A stretch of DNA of 64,000 nucleotides, from positions 5,998,303 to 6,062,302 of the forward strand of contig CM082582.2 of NCBI GenBank assembly GCA_040954595.2. The letters run 5' to 3'. Below, piece after piece: positions 28,901 to 40,700 of the stretch. The DNA comes from Balanoglossus misakiensis. Its lineage: Eukaryota; Animalia; Hemichordata. The number at the start of each line of letters is the position of its first letter. Position 1 is the first letter of the stretch. Both the position numbers and the translations under genes were made by a program. The notes under the pieces are model-generated. The model worked only from the letters and a program-made list of their open reading frames with translations. It was not told where the DNA came from and made no database searches.

Positions 28901-31900
28901 GTGTAAAACTTACCTTACAATTAAATGTAGCTGTCGAACTCGGTCCCAACTATAGCGACGACGCAGAAGACGATACCGTTTTTACTCTGTGACCTACTGG
29001 CCTCGTTTTCGGGCATGTGGTAGGTATACCACACTGAAAGACTTGACATACATGTAGATTTATTGTATTGATACGTTTTGAATAAACGTATTCAGATTGA
29101 CATTGATTTCATAATGACCACATTGAATAATAATTTGTCGTAGAACCCGATGAACTGGTGTGTACCGGCGGGGAACTCGACAACAAAGTACTGAGCTTCG
29201 ACAGCACCAGCGAGTACACGTACGCGCTGGTGTCGGACACGTTCCACGACATCCGGGAGTTCACCGTCTGCTGGTGGATGAGGAACAGCGACGCCAGCGC
29301 CAGCAGCCGCGTGATGTTCAGCTACTGGGCCACGGGCGACAGCAGCGTGGGCAGCATATCCCTGGAGAACCCGCACAACCTGCGCGGCTCCATCAAGAAC
29401 TCGTGGACCAGCTCCTCGGGCGTGTCGGTCACCCACGGCCTGTGGCACCACGTGTGCCTCGCCTGGTCCACCGACACCGGCGACTACAACATCTTCAAGG
29501 ACGGCAGTCTCGTGTTCGCGCAGGCCAACGTGAAGACCGGGCAGATCCTGCGCGGCGCCGGCTCCCTGATTCTCGGCCAGAAGCAGTCGAACAAAGGCGG
29601 CGGCTTCAACAGAGCCTACTCCTACATTGGCGATCTCACCGAATTCAACATGTGGAGCTCGGTCCTCGACGAGGATAATGTAATGGTAGGTATAATGTTT
29701 GAAGTTGAAATTGTGAAATAGATGAATAACGATCGCCCCCCCCAATCCCTCTCTCGCCAATCTCAGATCTGTTTTCCAATATTGTATTTGCGTTTTTTTT
29801 AATTCTATAGTCCTCATCGGTAACGTCATCAATCTAGATTCTCGTCTGTGGCTGTCCGCCTTAGATTTCCATGGAGCACACTGGATTTCCGTACGACACC
29901 TTTCATCATTATTCTGCTTATTCATCAAAACTGCACAGATTTTTAAATAACCAGCCGAATAACCCTTTCCTTGGTTTTCACAGAACTTGGCAGTAGACCG
30001 AGGATGCCATAATGGGTGTGGTGATCTGGTTTCCTGGTCAGAATTTGTGGAGTCAGATGTTGTCGATGCTGACATCACTGAGGATCCTCGACTTGGAGAA
30101 TGCAGTAAGTATTCACAGAATTTCTTGGCAACGTCGAGATGGTTGAATGTTCAAGTTATCATTATACATTTGTGAATCAATCACGGTTTCTTGTTCGACT
30201 CTTTCAAGCATAATGCCTATCTTCTCAACTCTGTACGGGTCGCATGTTTATTCAATCAGTGTTTTTCGTTGTTAAAATTTTGAATTATAGTCCGGACAAG
30301 AATTCAATGTTGTTTTGTTAATATTTTCAGTGCCCAGAGTGACTCGATGCACTGGCGGTGAATATGACAACAAGATATGGACCATGGACAACTCCGGCGA
30401 CTACAGTTTTGCCCAGTCGTTCCAGCCCATCCCAGACCTGACCGCGTTCACCGCCTGCTGGTGGTTGCGAACCACCACCACCAGCAGCTACGCGTACATG
30501 TTCTCCTACATGACGTCCAGCGTCACCACCGGCTCCATCAGGGCGTACAACGTCAAGTCCCTGCAGATGAACGTCAACAACCAATGGGCGACGGCCAGCG
30601 GCAACGCCCTCAACACCGGCAGGTGGTACCACGTGTGCGTCACGTGGAGCTCCAACGGCGGCGTCTACCAGTACTTCAAGGACACCAGCATCACGTACAA
30701 GAACGTCAACGTGAAGTCGGGACAGACCATCGCGGGAGGCGGCACGCTGGTCGTCGGCCAATCGCAGGGTTCTGTCGGCGGTGGCTTCAGTTCCACCTAT
30801 TCGTTTATTGGCGATTTTACCGGTTTTAATATGTGGAACAGTGTTTTAGACGATACCGACATACAGGTAAGATTTCGCAAATTTTTCACCTTGAATTGGA
30901 CTAGGAGCCAATCAAAGAAAACACCTTCATGAATTCAATTGAAATGAAATGCAAGGAGTTACTGGACTTTTAAAGGAAGATAGAGTTGATAAGTTTCATA
31001 TAAACATATTTACCATCGTGTTTAATAATTTCCAACTAATAGTGGAATTGTTAGACAAAGTAAATGACGTTGAAAACGTGTTATCAGTCCCTGATGTACG
31101 ACTTTGAGGGAGTTGTGTAATTGTTATCAGTATAAGCCTGATTTCAAAGCATTTTCAATCCAGGTGTGTAGTTCTTATGTCACGTGTATTATCTGAAGAA
31201 AGCGACTGCAATATGTTGATGATTACTCGTTACAGACCGTCAGTACAACCGGTTGCGAGAGAGGATGCGGCAATGTTGTACATTGGTCGTTCTTCAGAGC
31301 AGATGACGTTGCTGATATTGAAGTTGGCGATTTCGATGTAGAGTGCGGTAAGTGCTATCCTTTCGTTGTCTTAGTAGTGAAAGTAGCATCGTGAAAGACG
31401 CACGGTTTAAAAATCAGGAAAATTACAAATTTTGAGTAGTCTTGTACCTTAACAACTAATCAAGCGCGTATATAGGATGGAGAAACCCCCTTTCTGTGAC
31501 TCAGTTGTCTCCTGTCTTCTGTCTTCTCTAGCTGCCCGTGTCAAGACCTGTGGGGGAGGCGAATTCTTCAACAATACGCTGGTGCTGCAGACTACGGGCA
31601 CTGACTTCAGCTACATCTCTGTTCCCGCGGTCATCCCCGAGCTGGACGAGTTCACCGTCTGCCTGTGGGTCAGGACGGACGACATGACCATGACGTGCCG
31701 CACCATGTTCAGCTACATCACCCGCGACCCGGCGCAGGGAGAGTTCCACCTGAAACAGCCCAACACCCTGACGCTGCACGTGAACGGCAAGGGCGGCACG
31801 GCGTCCAACATCGACGTGCGCTTCGGCCTGTGGCACCACATCTGCGTGTCGTGGACGTCCAACGGGGGCGTCTACCGCTTCTACAGAGACTCCGCCTTCG

Positions 31901-34738
31901 TCACGTCCGGCATCAATCTCCACTCGGGCGCCACCATCCTCGGAGGGGGCTCCCTAATCATCGGCAACAAGCAGACGTCTGTCGGCAGCGGCCTGACCGA
32001 GAAGTACGCCTTTAACGGGGAGATTACCCACTTCAACCTTTGGTCGGAAAGTCTGGAACACTCAGTAATTGAAGTATGTATATATCTCCGTCAACCTTAT
32101 GCAATGTTCTAATTTAGACTACACCCTTTGTAACTTGCAATCATATCAAGCATGCGCACTAAGAAACGTGTAGTTTAGCCCAGCTTCTGCTAGAGGCAGC
32201 TTTCTATTTTCCCCAGGGACCTTCTGCCAAGAGGTTGTCATTCTCCCGCTCTCAAGGGAGACTTGTAGGTGGTCGCAAGCTAAATGATGAATATACCAGT
32301 CTTCCTTCACCAATATAGAGTTGTCCGTAAAACTAACTGGTGTATAATTGTGCGTTTCTTGGTGGTAAAATACAATTTTGACATTTTCAGACAATGGGTG
32401 TGACAGGCTGTGTCCAAAATTGTGGTGACATTGTGTGGTGGTCGTACATCAGAGAGGACGACCTTACCAATGTCGAGGTTGATGAGCAGAAGATCTTATG
32501 TAAAGGTTAGTTGACACGATGTTGATCTTGCCCCGTCGGATCACATTTAAACTTATAGAAAACCAGAAAATAGTGTCAAAACTAGACTCTCTCACAGCCC
32601 CTCTAGAGTCTGAACACCATATGGGGCTTCTCCTTTGCTAAACGGTTGAGGGCGCGTCAATGAAGAGCCTTGTAGCGAACCGTGGGCTGTGAGAGAGTCA
32701 ATTAGCTAAGTCAAAACACACAGCAAATCCTAATATCGGCTGCCTTTGTTCTGTGTTTGTTGCAGAACCCAGTACAGAGTGTCTGGATGGCGAATTTATC
32801 GGCAAATCTCTGTCGCTCGTGAGGAACACAAACTACAACTACGCCACCGTGTACAAGCACATCCCGGACCTGTCGGAGTTCACCATCTGCCTGTGGATGA
32901 AGACGTCCGATCGCGAAGACACGTATTTGTTTTCGTACATGACGCGCAACGGCAGATCCATCGATCTCTACAACCCGCCAAACTTGCGCATGATGCTGCT
33001 GGGAGCCTGGGTCAACCCGAGCGGAATTGCCTACAACTACGGACTCTGGCACCACGTGTGCGTCACGTGGTCCTCTGTCCACGGCACGTACCAGTATTTC
33101 AAAGACGGCAGATCGGTGTACTCGGGCACGAAGACGGGCTCCGCCATCCCGGCCGGCGGAAGTTTAGTGCTCGGCCAGTATCAAGAGAAATACGGCGGCT
33201 TTGGCACTCATCTCAATAACTTAGATGGAGAACTCTCGGAGTTCAATATGTGGACGTCGGTCTTGGAAGACGATGAAATCAGAGTGAGTATTTTCACTCA
33301 GAAGCTGAAACGGCTTCTAAATTTATAACCTGGGCAAGGGAAAATTTACCCATGGTCCAGTAACAGCGCAAAAGTAACAAAATGTTGAACGAGTTCTATA
33401 TGGGAACTATAAAGGTAGAACTTGTAAAAAACAGAAAGTCGTGAAATACAGTTATGTTTTTCTTCAAACACTCACTACAATGAGTTGTCGACTTTGTTTG
33501 ACCCACAATGCAATTACTATACCGTCATTTTGACCCCTAGCACGGAGTAAAGGCTAACGTGGGGAGTATAGATTGAAAGACAGTAACTCAACTCTTATCG
33601 TCGTTTCTTACAGTCTTTGTCATTGGATGGCTGTACTCCATCGTGTGGTGACGCTGTCCAATGGGCAGATTTCTCGTCGTTTGGAATAAATGGTGACGTC
33701 GTTGTACAAACTTCCACGGCGCCTTGCGGTAAGTTGACTGCAATCATAGAAATTCAAGTAAAAAGCAACGCAAAATGTTTTTAACATTCTCCAGAATAAG
33801 AACCCGAGTTGTACAAGAGAGCATCTCAATATATGCCAAAATTTATACGAAGATGGGAGTATTTGAAACCAACGCAAAACCCGCTGGTCTATACGTTGAA
33901 ATGTGAAACAGTCCGATTTAAGTCACACATTTTGAACAACACTTTCCCAACACCAGACCAGTGAATGAAGTTTTCACGAAGAGCACCAATACAAGAATTT
34001 TAATGAAAATTGTTGACGCATTTCTTTCCAGTCTTGCATGGAATTTTCTAAAGTAAAATTGTGGTATTAGGTATTTTCATGATGTATGTTATATCATATG
34101 TCGACCTATCTATGTGTACCCAAACAGGTCCGGACCTTCCATTGTGCTACGGGGGAGAATTCGACGGCAAGAAGTGGGTATTGGACAGCACCTCGGAGTA
34201 CAACTCCGCCACGACGTCGAGAACCATCCCCGACATCTGGGAGTTCACCGTCTGCACGTGGGCCAAGACCGCCGACACGGGCTCGGCCTCCTCCCTCTTC
34301 ACCTACCTCGCCCAGGGCTACAACTACGCCATCTTGGTGCTGAACGTCAACAACCTGCAGCTGTACGTGAACAACGGCGGCGGCGGCGCCAGCGGTCTGA
34401 AGGTGAACTACGACCGGTGGACGCACCTGTGCTTCTCGTGGGACTCCGTGGAGGGGAAGTACCAGTACTTCCAGGACGGCAGCTTGGTGAAATCCGCCAC
34501 CGGTTTGAGGACCAACCAGGTCATTCGTGGATCGGGACAGCTCATCGTTGGCGGCAGACTCAACACGTTAAACGGCTCGCCTCTTGGCAAGGCGTATTAC
34601 TACCAGGGGGAAATGGCCAATTTCAACATGTGGAGCTCTGTTCTGAGTGAAGATAAAATTGAGGTAAACACCACCGACTTTTAAATACACATCCGTATTT
34701 CAAGTTCCTATCCTGTCCATGTAATGTTATCGGTTTTA

Positions 34739-34769
<31 letters not shown>

Positions 34770-37700
34770 AAGTTGCTGATGTTCGAAGCAATGTGAATTT
34801 AAAAACGACGTGTGAATTAATGCACGAGTGTTTGTACTTTATTTCAGCGTCTGTCTCTGGAAGGCTGCCTGAATGACTGCGGAAATATTGTCTCGTGGGC
34901 CTCGTTTACAGACGAAGATATCACCGGTATTGAAGTCGCGGAATCCGAAATCGAATGCCGTAAGTATATGTGTGGCGTTTGGAGTACGTGGAAAACGTTT
35001 GCGCCCATGTATAATTGCATCGAGAGTTCTTCTGACCGAACCATTTAAATCATGTTTTCGGGAATGGATTCATATCGCTTACAGCACGTCGAGTCATTAT
35101 ACCCATTTCTTGTTCAACCCATAGGATACGAGCCTACCTGTGGAGGTGGACCATTCGAAAACAGCACCCTCGTCCTGGACAGCACGTCTTCATGGAGCTA
35201 CGCCATGGTGACCAAACAGATTCCCGACCTCCACGAATTCACCATGTGCTGGTGGATGAGGAGCACCGACACGGTGGGCTACAGCCGCACCCTGGTCAGC
35301 TACTTCGCCCCGGGCGCCAACTACTACGGCAGCATCTGGGTCGAATATCCCAATAACCTGCGGATGTGGGTGAAAGGAACGGCGGGGTCTTACTCGGGAA
35401 TCAAGGCCAACTACGGCCTCTGGCACCACGTGTGCTTCACGTGGAACTCAAACGGTGGCACCTATAAGGTAATTGTCCATGATCTGGGCAGCCCGACCTC
35501 AACTAGCTTAATTCACCAACATGGTTCAGTCCAACCCCCTTGTTTTCTATGGTAAAGTTGGACCTCTAAAACGGGAACTAGGGTGCAAGGGTATTATCTC
35601 CTGCCCTACATTTTTTCTTAAACTACGGTATAAATTGATATGCCAAACAAGGATTACTTACATGGGTAGGCCTATACTATAGGATTACTTACATGGGTAG
35701 GCATATACTATAAGAAAACGAATTTCCAGCTTACTTGAATCACTCGTATCATTTCAACAGAGCAACCTAACATATAGTCCGTAATAGTTTCTGTAATCCA
35801 GCGTGATCACTATCATAATGCACTGATGATTATAACATGAAGTCTCCTATTTCAACAGGCGTACAAGGATGGCGTGATGAGACAGTCCTCTATTAACCTC
35901 AGAAGTTCCCAGACCATTAACGGCAACGGCGTTCTCGTGCTCGGTCAGAAGCAGGCCACGTATGGAGGCGGATTCAACAAATACTATGCCTATTACGGCG
36001 AGCTGACCGCTTTCAACATGTGGAGCGAGGCGCTGAACTCTGCCGAAATTGAGGTAATGTCGTTTATCGTGCTCAGTCGAGGTTGTTCTATTTTGACATT
36101 ATAATGTGTATGTCTACCGAGACCAAATTGATTATAGGATATTCAAATAATTTCATTTCTGTCAAAGCATGGGGAATATGAGTTTTATTTTATACCGTAT
36201 GCATTTTTATTTCGAATACAGAAAATGGCGTTGGCCCCGTGCGATGAGGTGTGCGGCGACATTATGATGTGGTCATATCTCACAGAATCTGATGTTGTGA
36301 ATGCTGTTGAACAGGAAAATGATATACCATGCAGTAAGTGACTGTTCTCTGGTTTTTGTGGTAATTCTATTGTCTGTCGTGATTTTACATTTAATTTATC
36401 CATAATACGACTTTTGTTTCTCCCTCAAACAATTATAAAGGCGCATTTGTATACGATCTTCCGAACGACATGTTCTGACGACAGAAACAATATTCAACAT
36501 ATGAACAAAATGTCGAAAATTGAAAAGATATGCTTCATGAATTACGAGACGTTGCGCTCTGGCACTCAACAGAATCTTAAATTAATTGAATTCTAATAGG
36601 TCCAGAAGTTCCTGTGTGTTACGGCGGTGAGTACGAGGGTCAAACCTGGTCGTTTGATAGCACCGACGAGTTTACCTATGTTGAGGTGGACAAGGACATC
36701 CGGGACCTGAGCGAGATGTCCGTCTGTTTCTGGATGAGGACGACCGATACCTCTGGGTACGCCCGCACCACGGTGAGCTATTACGCCCAGAGCGACAACT
36801 ACGGCAGCATCGTCCTGGAGTACGTGCACAACATGAGGCTGTGGGTCAGCAACCAGGCGGCCGCCTTCTCCACCATGGAGGTGAACTACGGCCTGTGGCA
36901 CCACGTGTGCGTCACGTGGACCTCTGTGGAAGGCCGCTACAAGTACTTCAAAGACGGCGAAATCAAGTACATCGGCACCGGTCTGAACACGAACAGGATC
37001 ATCCGCGGCGGCGGTCAGATGATCATCGGGCAGAGGCAGACTACCCGGGGTGGCGGCTTCGTGAGAACGTCTGCTTACGTGGGCGAACTGGACAGTTTTA
37101 ATGTGTGGGACACACGAATTGATGACGACTTAATTGAGGTAATTACATTCCTTGATGTTTCACTTCATTTACAGAAAAGGTAGTCGTTTTTTCCCAGTAG
37201 CCATGGCTTATCCACAAACTCATACAACGTAAAGAAGCGATGAAGTTCTCCATTGAATTGTCCTATAAGGTGAAGATGGTCAAAAAAGTTGTCAGCAGCA
37301 ACACCAGCAGTAACAAGAGGAACAGCTGTATACGCTGACTTCATAATTTAAAGAACAAGGAGTTTAAAACTTCATATGCGTTCATGTTTTAGTTGACGTT
37401 ATTGGGATATATGGCGCCTTCAAATCAATTGGACATTATGTGGCATTTCAATAATGTCAACATTGTTTTGTTTTTTAGGCACTCACAGCCGATTCCTGTG
37501 TTGCTGGATGCGGCAACATAGTCTGGTGGGCTTCATTCACATCAGATCACGTGACAGAGGTGTCTGCGGCCGATCATGAGCGCGAATGTCGTACGTATTT
37601 GTCTCACCTCTAGTCTTTCTAGCAAAAGTCTACAAAGAATTGCTTTATTTATCCCTTGTGTGTTATCCTGATTCTTAATCTCCTATCACTCAGCGTACAG

Positions 37701-40700
37701 CGTTTCGCATCTTCTCTCACAACCAGCCAGTGTTACAGTAACGTAGATGGAATAGTGACCAAAATTTGAGGCACCTTTTGGACACCGTTTCACCAGTTGT
37801 GTTTCTTAGAATTGCATGTACCGTGTGACACATGGCATAAACCACTCGTCTAAATCTGCCCTAAACTACTTTAAAAATGAATCGACTGATACTTACAGTG
37901 CGAGGATAGCAAACAAGAAAATTGTTACAAAGGTACAGGACATGCAGTTTTGTTCATATTATCCATTTCTTGTCACCACCAGCTGCACGGGACAGATGCT
38001 TCGGCGGAACCTTTAAGAGGAGGACCTGGAACATCGACAACTCCGTTGACTGGAGCTACGCTGTCGGGCCGTCGGTCCTGCCCGACATGACCGAGTTCAC
38101 CATCTGCTTCTGGGTAAAGATCCCCCAGACGGAGACCAACTACTGGAGCACCTTCTTCAGCTACTTCGCCCGCGGCGACTGGTTCGGCAGCATCGTGCTG
38201 ATGTACCCGCAGAACGTGCGCATGTACGTGAAGAACTACTGGGGCGTGACGTCCGGCGTCCCGGTGAACGACGGCAGATGGCAGCGGCTGTGCTGGACCT
38301 GGTCTTCGGAAGGAGGAGCCTACAAGTTGTACAACAAGGGCTCCGTCATCTACTCGGGATCGGGATTGGCTGCCGGGCAGACCATCAAAGGGGGCGGCTC
38401 GATGGTCATTGGTCAAAAGCAAAGCACCATCGGGGGAGGCTTCCAAAAAGTGTACTCGCTCAATGCGAGGATCTTGAACTTCAACATGTGGAGCACTGTC
38501 CTCGATAGAGCTACGATTGCAGTATGTATACAATTTAATGTCTTTTTTTAGACATCGGCGTTGTATTACTGCCATAAAATTTTAGAATACATTCCATAGT
38601 GTTTTTGCATAGATAAGCCTATCATACATGTATGTGTATCCAGGTGCTTCCAGAAAGCTATACTGTCATAACGTCAAGCCCGAAAGTACTGTATACATGT
38701 ACTTAATCAGCCCTTTTAAACTGTCAAGTACAGTGTTTTAGCGTCGCCATTTTGTTTAAAGAAAGTGACTTTCTTTTAGTGGTTATCATGCATTTCCGGA
38801 ATCGAATAGCCACAATACTGACTGTGGTGTCTTGTTGCAGTGTTTGTCCGTACGACTCTAACATTTTTAAGTCTAACATTTCGTTTTTTGTTTGTTTATT
38901 TCTTGTCTTGAAGGATGATCGAAATATGTGCAGAGGAGACTGCGGAGACCTGATCTCGTGGCACGAGTTCACATACTACCATGTTGAAGGAATCGGAACA
39001 ACAAAGATTAGATGCAGTAAGTGGAAAATGTATTAACAGTATTGTTTTAGTGTGACAATATATAAAAAGAAAATCAGCACATCGAAATACACTACTTTCC
39101 GCGCATTGCGAGAGATCGCGAGACTTGATTCTTGACTGCTCCATAGACTGCAAATTTTGCTGAAATTTATATAAACATCTTTAAGAGTGAGGCATTATAA
39201 GAAGCATCAACTAGTCATTAATAGGATATCACTACATAGGAAATGGTTGACCTTATCGATTGTTGCCACTGCTAACAAAACTGAACATGTTATTTTACTA
39301 ACAGGAACAGATCCTGACGGAAATATAGACATCGAAGACCAAGATGAGGATGAGGTTACTACCATAGAACGTAAGTATAACCAGCGTCCGTAGAATAATA
39401 TGGCGCATAAATAATCCCTTAACGACCATTTATTTCTTTGTATTCATCTACTAACATATAAGAAAGCATTCGAATTTGTATTTTTTAAATTGCAAACTAC
39501 AGGAACGTAATAATCAGTTATCTGCTGTTTATGAATCCAAACCCACAATCTTCCACAAACGGTATCCACTTGACTTTGGAGAATACAGTTACATTTTATA
39601 ATTTCAAAATTTGTAGCTGGTGTAACGAGTGGACCAGTTACAGAACAACCCGAGGTCACTGAAGCACCAGAGGTCACTGAAGCACCAGAGGTCACAGAAG
39701 CACCAGAGGTCACTGAAGCACCAGAGGTCACAGAAGCACCAGAGGTCACTGAAGCTCCAGAGGTCACTGAAGCACCAGAGGTCACTGAAGCTCCAGAGGT
39801 CACAGAAGCACCAGAGGTCACAGAACAACCTGAGGTCACTGAAGCACCAGTTGTTACAGAAGGCCCGGTTGTCACAACGACAGGTATTAAATGACTGCAT
39901 TACGCCTCATCAAGTATTGCGATTCTTTGCAACAGATATGAAAATTTAACCACAGTTTCCAAGTAAGATCACGAAACGGTCGAAATAACATTATGTTCAT
40001 TTATGTTAATGTTTCTTCCTGTAGACTGTCCAGTTCCCGACAACCTACCAAACGCCGCAGTTGGCAGGACCGCCACACAAAGCTCAAAGAAAGGTGGCGG
40101 CAGAGCTGACAAGGCAGTGGACGGCAATGTTGACAGCGACATGTTGGGAGGTTCATCGTGTTCCCAGACCGAGACTGAAGAAAATCCATGGTGGATGGTT
40201 GATCTGGGAGAACCACTGGATGTCTACAAAGTCACCATCACCAACAGGCTGGATTGCTGCTGTGAGTTAGGAAAATACTATTCCTTTCCCTAACAATCTC
40301 TTTAAGGGGCATGTGTCATGCACGGCTGACCCTATGTTTCACATCAAAGAATTGAGCATGGACGAAATGTCTATCGTTTATATCTACAGAAATGCCCACA
40401 TCGGAAAATATGGGTGTGGCCGAAATCAAATAGTCATGGCGTAAGCAGCAATGACTGGATGACTTGTATTGTTAGATATGCCTGGTAATGTTGTGGACTG
40501 AGTGCTAAGATTCTTGCCGTTCTAGTTTTGACATAACTTTAAATAAATTTCTTTCCTCGCCAACCCCTTGCAGCCGAGAAACTACTCAACGCCGAAGTAC
40601 GCGTAGGAAACAGTGCTAACTTCGAAGAGAACGCTGTCTGTGGTCTAAGAATTTCGGAAGATGTCGCCAACCAGGAGACTATCGAAGTTATCTGCAGCTG

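Noticed and set aside
6398-38575. Many long antisense and alternate-frame ORFs over the lectin exons
   Set aside because: They are shadows of GC3-rich coding exons, coincide with them, and show no independent protein motifs.
7442-39016. Cluster of 26 separate pentraxin genes
   Set aside because: No module has its own signal peptide, start or terminal stop. Each begins and ends at phase-compatible splice sites, and the ORF-track stops lie in introns.
7442-39016. 26 modules as five covalent pentamers plus one
   Set aside because: Sequence periodicity is 2/4/8, not 5, so the count alone is no evidence for pentameric rings.
39649-39846. CRISPR-like array
   Set aside because: Contiguous 18-bp coding repeats without unique spacers, inside a eukaryotic exon.
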